Below are positions 8,112-18,935 of a stretch of DNA of 64,000 bases, in pieces. Source of the DNA: Pelagomonas calceolata (lineage: Eukaryota). The first letter of the stretch is position 1; every line of letters starts with the position of its first letter. The notes under the pieces are model-generated. The model saw nothing but the letters and a program-made list of their open reading frames with translations. It had not been told where the DNA came from and ran no database searches. The stretch spans positions 372,001 to 436,000 of the forward strand of contig CAKKNE010000002.1 of NCBI GenBank assembly GCA_918797485.1. Reading direction: 5' to 3'. Made by a program: the position numbers and the translations under genes.

Positions 8112-9461
8112 TCGGTCCCCGCCGCGGAGGTGCTGGAAGAGGCCGCCCGCCGGCGGCGAGGGGGACGCCGCCGACGGCTCGTCGCCGCCGGGCGCAGAGG
8201 GCTCGAGTTCGAGCGCCGGAGCGTCGTCCCCACTCTCGGGTCCCAGCGCCCCGGCCCCCGGCGTGACGGCGTGCTGCGCCCACGAGCCCGGCGACGCGCG
8301 GTCGTAGGCGTAGCCGAGCGCCTCCTCGACGTTTTCGTAGTCGAGGCGGTCCACGAGCGTGGCCCAGTCGGCGACGCTCCAGGAGTGGTTCGCCGGCGGC
8401 TTGAAGTGCGCGCCCGAGCCCGCGCCGCCGAACTTGGCGTAGGCCTTGACGCGCTGGAAGTCGTCGCGGGCGTTGCAGGCGTAGCCCAGCGCCTTCAGCC
8501 GCCGGAAGAGGAACTCGGGGTCCTGCGTCAGGTCCTCGTAGCGCGCGCCGAGCACGTTGCGGTGGCTGCGCCCGAAGCGCAGGTACTGCGCGTACTTGCG
8601 CGTCCGCAGCTCGAGCACCTGCGCGGACGCCGACCGGTGAGGAACCTGTCGCCCCCCACGCCGTCGAGCAGACCCGCGGAGAGCCGTACTCGGTCCCCTC
8701 GACGCCGTCGAGCAGACCCGAGGAGAACCGGCGGAAAAAAGTTGAGTGGCCGCGCGGGCACAAACATGCGCGTAGGTCACGCCGCGTTCCACGAACCGCG
8801 TCGAGAGGAACGCCTGGAGTCCCGCGCCGCGCCCGAGCCGGTCGATGGCCCCCGAGTACGCCGTCTTGCGCATCTTCACGGCCCACGGCGCCGCGCACCG
8901 GAAGACGACCACCACGGCGTCGCGCGACGCGGCGGCGAAGGACTCGGGCAAGAAGTCGTGCTTCCAGCCGTAGAGCCCGTCCGCGTCGAGCTTCGGCGAC
9001 CAGTAGTGCCTCTCGCGGCAGTTCTCGTTCGTCATCACGCGGACCCAGCCCGTGCCGCAGTGCCGCTCGCCCCGGATCGAGATGGCCGCGCCGTACAGCT
9101 CGCCGTGGTCCGCGCCGCGCTTGTACTGCTCGAAGGTCTTGGCGCCGTGGTGCCGGACGAAGGTCGCGTCGTAGCGCGCGCTCCGCTGCGCCTCCGCCTC
9201 CTTCGTCGCGCGCGCGAGCGTCTCGGGGTCCACGTCGGCGCGGTGCCGGCAGTCCAGGCCCCGCCGGTAGCTGTCGCCGTCGCCGCAGTAGCCCGCGTGC
9301 GAGCACCAGTGCACGCAGCCGACGCCCCGCACCGTCCGCGTGCCGCCGTCGACGAGCGCGCCGTCCTTGCAGCGGCTGCACATCGAGCCGCGGTGGTCTC
9401 GCGCCGCCGACGCCGCGCGCAGCGCCGACGCCGCACAGACAACGATCAGAGGTCGCAGCAT
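8109..9461 (-). CDS. Secreted/Golgi sulfotransferase-like protein, 2 exons
   Basis: Signal peptide and a Cys-rich N-terminal domain. Motifs GERHCGTGW, YGWKH, VVVFR...W, LELRTRK and RYEDL. Probable in-frame GT-AG intron 8619-8765 gives ..GVTYAHVLELRTRKY.. Confidence 0.65.
   Translation of the reverse strand: MLRPLIVVCAASALRAASAARDHRGSMCSRCKDGALVDGGTRTVRGVGCVHWCSHAGYCGDGDSYRRGLDCRHRADVDPETLARATKEAEAQRSARYDATFVRHHGAKTFEQYKRGADHGELYGAAISIRGERHCGTGWVRVMTNENCRERHYWSPKLDADGLYGWKHDFLPESFAAASRDAVVVVFRCAAPWAVKMRKTAYSGAIDRLGRGAGLQAFLSTRFVERGVTYAHVCARAATQLFSAGSPRVCSTASRGPSTALRGSARRRGGRQVPHRSASAQVLELRTRKYAQYLRFGRSHRNVLGARYEDLTQDPEFLFRRLKALGYACNARDDFQRVKAYAKFGGAGSGAHFKPPANHSWSVADWATLVDRLDYENVEEALGYAYDRASPGSWAQHAVTPGAGALGPESGDDAPALELEPSAPGGDEPSAASPSPPAGGLFQHLRGGDR
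8619..8757 (+). mobile_element. Degenerate introner-like element, antisense to its host gene
   Basis: The plus strand carries the family core CCGGTGAGGAACC...CCACGCCGTCGAGCAG although the host gene is on the minus strand. Decayed TIR (CCGCGCGGCC vs CTGCGCGGAC) begins 8 nt after the GT donor. Internal duplication of CGCCGTCGAGCAGACCCG. Confidence 0.55.
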
Positions 9462-9847
9462 GCTTATTTATCGCGGTTTTCTGTATGCCAACGCGATCGC
9501 TGGCACCAATGCGTTCATATTTAGATCAATGCGACGTCGTCGCTTGCTAATCGAGGCTGCTATTCACGTTTTTGCGCCGCAAAAAACCGTGTAAAACCCG
9601 CAACCGAAACCGGTATGCAAATTTCATATCAGATCCATAATATAGGTCGGCCAGGCTCTCTCTCTTGACTCTTGCAACGCGCGCATGTTATAGGTCGCCC
9701 CGAGGCTGTGACACAGTGTCATCGCAATTTGTGCCTCGTCGCATCGCTGCAAGCTGCATCAAAAAGTCATTGAGCAGCTTAATCTGGCGACCATCACTGA
9801 TCGACTCGGATAAAACGAGCAGCAACGCCCGTAACTAAGGCAAAGCC

Positions 9848-10504
9848 ATGTCACGCAGCATTGCTCTCATCCTTGCCCTTGCCACTGGCGCGGCAGCGCT
9901 GCGGCCGCAGTGCCGCACCAGCCTCGCGCCGCGCCGCGATTTCTTGGGCGCCGCCGCCGCAGCGGCAACAACTCTGCTGCCGCAAGCGGCGCACGCGACG
10001 GGCAAGGCGACGCAGAAGACGCTGTTCCTGCGCTACGAGAAGCGGATCGCAGGGCTCGGCAGCTATTTCGATGAACTTGAGTCAGCTATTTCCAACGCCG
10101 ACTGGGCGGCCGTCGCGACCGCGTGCGAGGCCGACACATCAAAAAAGGGCAAGATCGGGCCGGTCTACTCGGGGCTGACCGCGATGGAGCTCTGGGCGAA
10201 CACGTACTCCGACCGCAAACAGTCGGTGAAGACTCAACGGATGCTCGCGGAGGCCGAGATCGTCGAGAAGACCCGCGAGTACGTCGCGGGCGTCGCGTGC
10301 AAGGGGACGGGTGAGTGCCTCAAGGCCGAGGGCGGCTTCTTCGGCCTCGGCGCGAAACCGGCGCCGAAGCCCTCGGATGGTGAACTGAAATCGGCCGCGC
10401 TCGGCGCGGTGAAACAGGCCCGCGGCGCGTTCAACCGCTTCGTCGCCCTGAACAACGAGGCGCTGCCCTTGGACATCAACGGGCTCGTGGCGATCGCGGA
10501 GTAG
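9848..10504 (+). CDS. Plastid thylakoid-lumen protein (twin-arginine signal, PsbQ-like helical protein)
   Basis: Signal peptide MSRSIALILALATGAAA, then PRRDFLGAAAAA...AHA (Tat motif and AxA cleavage site). Confidence 0.7.
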   Translation: MSRSIALILALATGAAALRPQCRTSLAPRRDFLGAAAAAATTLLPQAAHATGKATQKTLFLRYEKRIAGLGSYFDELESAISNADWAAVATACEADTSKKGKIGPVYSGLTAMELWANTYSDRKQSVKTQRMLAEAEIVEKTREYVAGVACKGTGECLKAEGGFFGLGAKPAPKPSDGELKSAALGAVKQARGAFNRFVALNNEALPLDINGLVAIAE

Positions 10505-10567
10505 ACCTAGTGTGCTGTAAAATGGTTCTACTTCTGCATCCTGAGCGGCTTCAGGACTCCTGCGTGA

Positions 10568-10591
10568 GCTAGCGGCCTAAGACATACTAGC
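10568..10591 (-). promoter_or_regulatory. GCTAG dyad motif copy
   Basis: Reverse complement GCTAGTATGTCTTAGGCCGCTAGC, 227 bp before the kinesin ATG (opposite orientation). Confidence 0.55.
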
Positions 10592-10817
10592 AAGGAAACC
10601 TACTAGCCAGACGCCGGTAAGCTTTGGGCTCGGCGCGCAGCGGCTTCGTTACCACTTAACCGAACTGTTGCGTTGCCACAGGGCACACTCCGAGGTGCAA
10701 TACCCACTGTAGCCGCTCCCCGCACGGCGCGGCCCCGTGTAACGGCCCTAAAAGCCGCAAGACCAAAAAACAGCGTTACGGCCCCCCGGAGCGCCGCGGA
10801 GCCTCAAGAAAGACAAA

Positions 10818-13800
10818 ATGAGCGCCCGTAAGTCGCTGGGCGACGTCACAAATGACCTCCCAGCGCCGCCAACAACAACAACGACGGTCAAGCCGCCCAC
10901 GCCGCCGCCGCCGACGACGGCCGCGCAGCGCCTCGCCGCGGCGGCGGCGGCGCGCCCGCCCGTCAAGTCGAGCGGCTACGGCCAGCGCTCGGTGACGGGC
11001 TTCGCGCACCAGCAGCGGCCGGCGGCCGCCACGCGCATCGCCGCCGTCGCGCGCGGCCGCACGGGCCGGCGCCGGTCGATGGAGATCCGGAACGCGCGCC
11101 CGACGACGTCGACGTCGCGCGGCCCCCGGTCGGTCATGAACCGGACGACGACGGCCAGCCGGCGGCGCGACGTGCGGACCTCGCAGACGACGCGCGCGCC
11201 GTCGACGGACCGCTGGAACTCGACGACGCGGTCGGTGTCGCGGCCGCGGTCGACGAACCTGTCGCGGTCGGCCGTCATGCCCTGCGCGCGCGCGGCCGCC
11301 GCCAAGGAGGACGCGGCGCCGCCGGCGCCCAACGCGGGCGAGATCGACAGCGAGGCGGCGATCCGCGCGGTCCGGGTCGGCGTCCTATTCCTTCAACGTG
11401 CGCGCGTCGCGACGACGGCGTAAACGCGAAAAAAAACTACGCAGGCGGCCCAGATCGCCGAGGTGCTCGAGAGCGTCGGCAAGGACTCGGTCGTGCCGGG
11501 CCTGCTCGCGTCGACGTTCGCGGGGTCGTCGGACGAGGACATCGCGCGCGCGTGCGAGAAGATGCGCGCGCCGCCGGGCGCGCGCTGGGACGTGTCCGCG
11601 AAGATCAAGATGCGCGACGAGAAGCTGCGCGAGGTGCGGACCATGCTGTCGCGCGTCGCGGAGCAGCGGCGCGCCTTCGGCACGCTCGTCACGAAGATCG
11701 AGGAGAAGCTCCTGAAGAACACGCGCGAGGAGCGCGAGCGCGCCGACAAGGCCGACCGCGCGCTCATCGTGGGCAGCGGCCTCGGGGACCGCCTCGAGAA
11801 GCTCGAGGCGCAGCGCGACGCGGCCGTCGAGGCGGCCAAGCTCGCCGAGGTCAAGCTCGCGGCGGCCGAGGAGGCGCGCGCCGCGGCCGAGGCGCGCGAG
11901 GGCGGCCTCGGCGCCGAGGCGGCGGCGGCGCGCGAGTCGCGCGACGCCGCGCGGAGCGAGCTCGCCAAATTAAAAGAGGCGTCGATGCGCGACGCGGGCC
12001 TCGTCGAGGGCGCGGTCGGTGCGGCTCACGAGCGGACGGCGGCGCTCGACGCGCGGGCGCGCGACGCGGAGCGCGAGCGGGACTCGCTGCGCGACGAGCT
12101 CGCCCTCCTGCGCGCGGGCTCGCGCGCCGACGGCGCGCGCGCCGAGGCCGAGGCGGGCGGCCTCGAGCGGCTCCTGCGCGAGGTGACGGCCGAGCGCGAC
12201 GCGGCGCGCCTCGACGCCGCCGACGCGCGGCGCGCCCTCGCGGAGCAGACGACGCTCATCGCGCGCGCCGAGGGCAAGGCCGAGGCCGCGGCCGCGCACG
12301 CGGCCGACGCGCGCGCGGCGCTGCTCGCGGCCCAGCGCGACGCCGCCGAGGCCGAGGCCCGGGCCAAGGCCGCCGACGCCGCCGAGCGCCGGCGCTTCAG
12401 CGAGGACGGCCGCGAGACCGCGGCCGCGGGCGCGCGCGCCGCGGCCGAGCGCGCGGACGCGGCCGCGCGCCTCGAGGCCGCCGAGACGCGCGCGGTTTCT
12501 GCCGAGGCCGCAAAAAGGGACGCCGAGGCCCGGCTCCAGACCGCCGAGGCGGCGGCGCGCGACGCGGCCGCGGCGCTCGCCGCGCGCGACGCCGAGCGCG
12601 CGGCGCTCGAGGACGCCGCGGCGCGCGCCGACGGCGCCGCGGCGACGCTGCGCGAGGCGCTGCAGGCCGGCGAGGCGCGCGAGCGCGAGCTGAGCGCGCG
12701 GCTCGACCGGAACGGCGCCGCGGACGCGGCGCGCGGCGAGGCGCTCGAGACGCGCGCGGCGGCGGCCGAGGCCAAGCGCGACGAGCTCGCGGCCGAGGTG
12801 CTCGCGCTGACGGCGGCGGCGGCCGAGCAGCGCCTGCGCGCCGAGGCCCTCGAGGGCCGCGCCGGCGCGGCCGAGGAGAGAGCGAGAGACGCCGACGCGC
12901 GGGGCGCCGACCTCGCCAAGGCCCGCGACGCCGCGACGGCCGCCGCGGCCGACGCCGAGGCGCGCCACAAGGTCGAGGCGTCGCTGCGCGCGGCCGTCGA
13001 GGAGAAGGAGGCCGCCGAGCGCCGCGAGCGGACGGCCGCGCTCGCGCAGCTCCTCGCGCTCCAGACCAAGCAGGAGAGCGACGCCGAGGCCCACCGGGTC
13101 AAGACGGCGGCGCTCGCGGGCGGGCGCGCCGCCGGCGAGGCCGCCTTCGCCGCGGCGGCGCGCCTCGCGGCGCGCGCGCTCGACGACGCGGCCGAGGCGG
13201 CCGCCGCGCGCGAGGCCGAGCTCACGTCGCTCAAGGCGGAGGTCGAGCGCGCGAACGAGGTCGACGCCGCGGCCCAGGCCCGGGCGCTCGCCGAGGCGCA
13301 GGGCACCTGCGCGACGCTGGAGCGGCGGCTCGAGGCGGCCGAGGCCGACGCGGCGCGCGCGCGCGCGGCCGGCGGCGAGCAGCTCGAGGCCCTCGAGGAG
13401 AAGCTGCGCGCCGCCGAGGCGACGCGCCGCAAGCTGCACAACACGATCCAGGAGCTGCGCGGCAACATCCGCGTCTTCGCGCGCGTGCGGCCGTTCCTCC
13501 CCGGCGACGGCGACGCGGACGCGCGCAAGCCGGCCGTCGAGCCGGGCGCCGACGGCGTCAGCCTGGCGCTGGCCGGCGAGGCCGAGGGCGCGCCGCGGTC
13601 GCCGACGCGCGGCGGCGAGCACGACAAGCGGCGGCCGCGGAAGCGCGAGACGTACGCGTACGACCGCGTCTTCGGGCCCGAGGTCGGCCAGGAGGAGGTC
13701 TTCGGCGAGGTGTCGGAGTTCGTGCAGTCGGCGCTCGACGGCTACCAGGTTTGTTTGCTGTCCTACGGCCAGACCGGTTTTGCTTCAGTGTCCCGTCGGG

Positions 13801-14828
13801 TGCCGCCCAGACGCCATCGCGACGTGCGCCCTCGACGCTGTCGCCGCGACGCCATCGACGCGACCCACCACCAGAGATCTCACAACGCGCGCGACGCAGG
13901 CTCGGGCAAGACGCACACGATGCAGGGCGCGGGCTCGGGCCCCATGCGCGGCATCATCCCGCGGGCCATGGAGCAGGTCGCGGCCTACTGCGCGCAGCAG
14001 CGGACGCGCGGCTGGGCCTACGAGATGGAGGTCACGTACGTCGAGATCTACAACGAGCAGGTCCGCGACCTGCTCGGCGAGGACGCGGGCGCGCCGACGA
14101 CGCGCGACTTCGGGCGCGCCGAGGCCCAGAGCGGGCTCGAGGTTTTTTTGCGGCGTCCTCTGTCCCTTCGTCGCGTCCTTCGCTTTGACTGCTCGGTGGC
14201 GTTCGAGCCCCCATCGCGGCCGCGGTCCCGTCGTCGCGCGACGTCTGAGCGATGTCGACCCACGCAGGTCCGGCGCGACCCGAAGACGGGCCGCGTCTTC
14301 GTCGACGGCGCCACGCGGCGGCCCATCGACCCCGCCGACGCGGCGGCCGTCGACGCGCTCGTGGCCTGCGCCGCGCGGCACCGCTGCGTCGCGTCGACGG
14401 AGATGAACGCCGTGTCGTCGCGGTCGCACGCGGTCTTCACGCTCCACCTGACGGGCACGAACGCCGAGCGGCGCGCGCGCCTCCGCGGCGCGCTGCACCT
14501 CGTCGACCTGGCCGGCTCCGAGCGCCTCGACCGGTCGCACGCCCAGGGCCAGCGCCTCAAGGAGGCCCAGTCGATCAACAAGTCGCTGTCCGCGCTCGCC
14601 GGCGTCTTCGCGTCGCTCAACGCGAAGCGGAGCCACGTCCCGTACCGCGACTCGCGGCTCACGTTCCTGCTCCAGCCGGCGCTCTCGGGCGACGGCAAGA
14701 CGCTGCTCTTCGTCAACCTGTCGCCGACGGCCGCGTCGGCGAACGAGTCGCTCTGCTCGCTGCGCTTCGCGAAGCAGGTCAACCAGGTCGAGCTCGGCAA
14801 GGCGACGCGCGCCGTCGAGACCGTCTAG
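10818..14828 (+). CDS. Kinesin-14 (C-terminal motor, KIFC1/Kar3-like), 4 exons
   Basis: Introns 11370-11444, 13777-13899 and 14142-14267 (all GT-AG). Splicing restores the P-loop YGQTGSGKT. Motifs RRKLHNTIQELRGNIRVFARVRP, NAVSSRSH, LVDLAGSER and HVPYRDSRLT. Long Ala/Arg/Glu coiled coil and N-terminal D-box RKSLGDVTN. Confidence 0.93.
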
Positions 14829-14872
14829 GCCGTTCCCCCCTACCACCCCTCCCCGCGGCTAAGCGCTGTGTA

Positions 14873-15148
14873 TCACCTAGTCTTACTCCCCGCGGCGTCG
14901 TCTTTGAGCTTGAAGTCGTCCTCGTTGAACGGGACGGTCTCGAAGTACGTGCCTGATTTTGGCATTTTCGGGACCTTCCGTCGTCGTTTCTTTCCCCCGT
15001 CGGCTTCCGCGGCGGCGCGCTTGCTCCCGTTGCCGTTGGCGGCTTGCGCGTGGTCCTGCCAGTGCTCTTTGAGCGACAGGTCGTCGCCGCGGCTGATGTC
15101 GATCTCGAAGGAGACGCCGTAGGCGCCGGAGGCTTGGGCTGGGAGCAT
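14873..15148 (-). CDS. Small hypothetical protein with a basic NLS-like stretch
   Basis: ORF from ATG 15148 with host-like codon usage and KKRRRKVPK. Convergent with the kinesin stop. Confidence 0.5.
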   Translation of the reverse strand: MLPAQASGAYGVSFEIDISRGDDLSLKEHWQDHAQAANGNGSKRAAAEADGGKKRRRKVPKMPKSGTYFETVPFNEDDFKLKDDAAGSKTR

Positions 15149-15576
15149 GGTGTTGTACACAGCTCAACCAGTCGCAAAAGCTCCGCTGCTTTGAGTGGTA
15201 TGCGAAAAGCTCTGGCGCGCCGCGGGGCGCCTCTGTTTTTTGGGTTCTCAGCGCGCACAGGGCGGTTCCTCGTCTAGTTTTTTGCTGCCGCCGACGAACC
15301 AGACCTGTGGGCACCCAGTGACGCCGCGTTGCACGTCAGCGGACTGCGAGGTCCGTGTTCAGGCACCCTTCCCGATCGGCTATGTACCTTATAAGTTATA
15401 CCTCGCTGGTAGGGACCCCCGTCGAGCCTGCCTCCTCTCCTGTTTTTAGTCCATCCCAGCAGCAAAACGCAGTGGAGCAGACCAGAGCTGACACAAGAGG
15501 CCGGTTTTGATCCATTGGCATCATCAGCTAAGAGACAGCTGTGAACCAATTGAACAAGCACCGCCCTGCTTAAGAG

Positions 15577-16806
15577 ATGATGCGACCAGCCCTCCGGAGA
15601 GCATGCCTGCAGCCTGCGGCGCGCACGCTCACAAGCCGAAGAGCGCTGGCGGGGCGCGCCTGGGACGGCCGCCAGTCCACGGACCCCTGGCGCCGGGCGC
15701 CGGCCGGCGCGACGCGCGCGACTGCGCCCGCGCCAACACCGGCCGCCGCGCGGCCGCCGAAGACGGCCGCCGCGCGCGCGGCCGCCGCGGCGACGTCGCA
15801 GCTCAACGCCTGGCGGTCGGCCGTCGACTGGCAGTCGGTGCAGGCGCAGTCCGCGCGCGAGGTGCTGAACTCGGTCGCCGAGCAGAGCCGCCAGCAGTGG
15901 CGCGCGGTGACGGCGTTCTTCGCGGCGCTCGCGCTGTCGGCGTACTTCTTCCGGCGCGACATAAAGGATACGGTCGCCGAGGAGGCGGCGGAGCTGGGGG
16001 CGCTGACCATGTCGAACGAGGCGATCAGGGGGGAGGTGCGATCCATCGGGCGCTACCTGGCGCACGAGCTCCTGCACGACCCCGCCGTCGGCGACGCGGC
16101 GGCGACGCTCGCGGCGGACGTCGTGCGGCGGCCCTCGACGCGCGACGCGTTTTTGGACCTCGTGGTGTGGACGGTCGGCCGCGACGCGACGCGCCACGCG
16201 GTGCGCGGCCAGCTCGGCGCCGTCGTCGGCGATTTGTGTGACGACGAGCCGACGCGAGCGAAGTTCGGGACGTTGATAGCGGCGGCGTTGCAGACGCCCG
16301 CGGCGCAAGAGGCGATCGCGGTCGTCGGCGCGGACCTGATAGGGAGGGACACGACGCAGGAGGCGACGGCAGCCCTCGCGCAGCGCCTTTTAGATAGGGA
16401 CGACGTGCGCGACGCCATCGAGGACGCGCTCGTCGACGCCGCGCTCGGCGCGCTCGACGACGCCGAGCTGCGCGACGGCGCGCGCAAGGCCGCGTCCACG
16501 ACGCTCGCGGACCGCAAGGTCCAGAAGAGCGCGGGCGACGCGCTCTGGAACGCCTACAAGTATTCCATCGGCCTCGGACCGCGCCGCGTGGCGACGCCGT
16601 CGTCCGACCCGGCGCCGCCGACGCGGCGGCGGCGGAGGCAGGAGGCCTCGCAGAAGCCCGCCGACCCGCCCGCCGCGGCGGCGCCGCCCCCGGCAGCCGA
16701 ATCCGGTCCGCCGGCCGCCGGGGCCGCGCCCGGGCCGCCGACGGCCGCGCGGCGCCAGTCGAAGTCCTGGCGCGAAACTGAACTCATCCGACCACCGTCG
16801 AGGTGA
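15577..16806 (+). CDS. Hypothetical single-TM helical protein, probably mitochondrial
   Basis: Arg/Ala-rich presequence, TM segment AVTAFFAALALSAYFF, then helical repeats. Confidence 0.7.
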   Translation: MMRPALRRACLQPAARTLTSRRALAGRAWDGRQSTDPWRRAPAGATRATAPAPTPAAARPPKTAAARAAAAATSQLNAWRSAVDWQSVQAQSAREVLNSVAEQSRQQWRAVTAFFAALALSAYFFRRDIKDTVAEEAAELGALTMSNEAIRGEVRSIGRYLAHELLHDPAVGDAAATLAADVVRRPSTRDAFLDLVVWTVGRDATRHAVRGQLGAVVGDLCDDEPTRAKFGTLIAAALQTPAAQEAIAVVGADLIGRDTTQEATAALAQRLLDRDDVRDAIEDALVDAALGALDDAELRDGARKAASTTLADRKVQKSAGDALWNAYKYSIGLGPRRVATPSSDPAPPTRRRRRQEASQKPADPPAAAAPPPAAESGPPAAGAAPGPPTAARRQSKSWRETELIRPPSR

Positions 16807-16835
16807 CGTAATTTTGTTAGTCTACTACACATCGA

Positions 16836-17594
16836 CTACTTCCAGCACGCCTCGCCGTCGAAGTCGCACTTGGCCTTGCCGTCGACCCAGTCGCGCCAGA
16901 GGTCGTGCGTGCCGACGGCGACGCGCAGCGCCTCGTCGCCGTCGATGGCGCGGCCGCCCATGCCGTACTCGTTCTCGCCCTTGCCCTCGGCCGTCTTGTA
17001 GAGGCGGTACCAGTCGCGCGCCTCGGCGACGCGGTCGCGCGGGATGTCGTCGACCGTGCGCCACGCGCTTGTGGAACTGTCGTCGGCGTCGACGACGAGC
17101 AGCTTCCAGTCCGTCTCGCCGCCGTCGACGAGCGCCAGCGCGCCGAGCACGCGCACGCGCTGCACGGCGCCGCGCGCGCACGGCGCCGCGTTGAGCTGGA
17201 GCACGTCGATGGGGTCGTTGTCGCCGCCGACGCCCGTGTGCTCGTCGGCGACGGCCGGGTCCTCCCAGGTCTGGCTGATGGCCCCGTAGTTCACGACCGC
17301 GGCGCTGTACTTGTAGAAGCGCGGGTGCGGGCCCTTCGTGTCCTGGACGAGCTTGTTGCCCTCAACAGACTTGTGGATTTCCAGTTTGGAGCGCGTCAGG
17401 CGCGGGATCTCGCAGACGAAGTGCACGAGGGTCTGGTCCGCGTCGGCCCAGAACGGCACGTCGTGCCACGGGCTCACGTCCTTGTCCCCGTACGAGTAGC
17501 GCAGGCGGTCGCCGTCCCGATGGATCTCGAGCTTGCGCAGGTCGAACTGGTCGGCCGACGCCGCGGCCGCGAGCAGCAGGGTAGGGAGCCTCAT
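16836..17594 (-). CDS. PPA: Soluble inorganic pyrophosphatase (family I) with signal peptide
   Basis: SPWHDVP, EIPR...KLEI, NYGAISQTWEDP, GDNDPIDV, GETDWK and WYRLYK motifs. Starts MRLPTLLLAAAASA. Confidence 0.93.
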   Translation of the reverse strand: MRLPTLLLAAAASADQFDLRKLEIHRDGDRLRYSYGDKDVSPWHDVPFWADADQTLVHFVCEIPRLTRSKLEIHKSVEGNKLVQDTKGPHPRFYKYSAAVVNYGAISQTWEDPAVADEHTGVGGDNDPIDVLQLNAAPCARGAVQRVRVLGALALVDGGETDWKLLVVDADDSSTSAWRTVDDIPRDRVAEARDWYRLYKTAEGKGENEYGMGGRAIDGDEALRVAVGTHDLWRDWVDGKAKCDFDGEACWK

Positions 17595-18185
17595 TTTAGC
17601 GCAGGCGCGAGCAGACCTCGTAGGCGAGGCGCACACAGGCAAAATAGCCACCGAGGTACAGGAAGTTGGTCTTGACGCTGAGCCACTCCTCGCTGGACTT
17701 CTTTGCGCTCTTCTTTTTGATGACAAACATCGATGCCGTCCGTGGCGACGACGAGACCTGCGTTTTTTTTCGAAATGAGCGGTGTGTCCGTCACTCCGCG
17801 TGTTCGGCGCGCGCTGTGCTCCGCCAGCTCCCCGGCCTCTCTGAGAGCAATACCGGACGCTACCTCGTGGTGGGCCGCGATTGCTGCGGGCGAACTGGAA
17901 AACGTTTTGATCGATTTCTCGCTTGTCAATTCGTCGCGCAGGGTCCGCACTGAGCCGCTGATAGCAAGCCGCCGCTGAATCGATTAGTGACTAAAGTGTG
18001 TCTATCCCGCTAGAGTTTAGTGATTTTTTAGTTACTTTGGCGGCGCGGAACGCGGCGGTGTTATCGACGCGCCGCTTGAAACACCGCACAGCTGTTCCTT
18101 AAGTTCGTTCGCCTGAAACGCCGTACAGTTCGTTCATACAGCCGCTTGCGCCCGCCGCCAGACGCCGCATCACTTTTGCTGCAGC

Positions 18186-18935
18186 ATGCGCTGCGCATCC
18201 CTCTGGGCGCTGCTCGGCGCCGCGCGGGGCTGGGCGCCGCACCCACGCATCGCGACGGGCCCCGTCCCGCGCCCGCGCGGTGCGCCGCGGCGAGCCGTCG
18301 ACTTCCGCCTCGCTGAGGACGACGCGGCCCCGATCGCGCTGCGCTGCACGAAGACGGGTAGGACCATAGACTGCTTCCCCGGCTGCTTCATGCGGCTCGA
18401 GGACGAGGGCGAGTGGTACGTCGTGGCGACGCCCTGCGACCAACCTGTTGCTTTTGCGCCCTCGATCGACGACGACGAGGACGACGACTGGGTCATCATC
18501 CAGGACGACGACCCGCGCATGGACGCGGTCTTCGCCGTGGCCGAGCGGGCCGTGGGGGAAGAATTAGAGGACTGCGCGATGGTGCGGTCGGCGCTCTTCC
18601 CAACCCTCAGAGGGGATTTGGACGACCAGCTCGAGGACGACGACGACGACGACGTGGACGACGACGAGTTCGCGCGGCTCGACGAGGAGGGCGAGGAGGA
18701 CGACGCGGTGCTGAGCCTGCTCGCGACGTTCGACGTGCCCGAGCTCGGGCACGCGTACGACATGATGCGCATCGAGGAGCTCTACCAGCTCATCGCGAGA
18801 AGGGGAGACGCCGACGACTGTTTGGTGTACGACATCCTCGACGAGGCCGAGTCCGAGGTCATCCGGCCGCGCGTCGCGGCGGCGCTCGACGAGTTCCAGG
18901 ACGACGACGGCGGCGACGACGACGACGCGAGCTAG
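18186..18935 (+). CDS. Acidic plastid-targeted protein (DUF3727/DUF1292-like)
   Basis: Signal peptide ending ARG-W. GRTIDC...YVVATPCDQPV motif and acidic tracts. Confidence 0.6.
   Translation: MRCASLWALLGAARGWAPHPRIATGPVPRPRGAPRRAVDFRLAEDDAAPIALRCTKTGRTIDCFPGCFMRLEDEGEWYVVATPCDQPVAFAPSIDDDEDDDWVIIQDDDPRMDAVFAVAERAVGEELEDCAMVRSALFPTLRGDLDDQLEDDDDDDVDDDEFARLDEEGEEDDAVLSLLATFDVPELGHAYDMMRIEELYQLIARRGDADDCLVYDILDEAESEVIRPRVAAALDEFQDDDGGDDDDAS

Noticed and set aside
11552..14188. Very long alternative-frame and antisense ORFs (878, 550 and 533 aa here; also 36193-38151, 53225-55135 and 8106-9524)
   Set aside because: Shadow ORFs of real genes. Extreme GC content and codon bias remove stop codons, and the products are Arg/Gly/Ala low-complexity with no motifs.
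18630..18930. GAC trinucleotide runs as microsatellites
   Set aside because: They encode poly-Asp tracts within a CDS.
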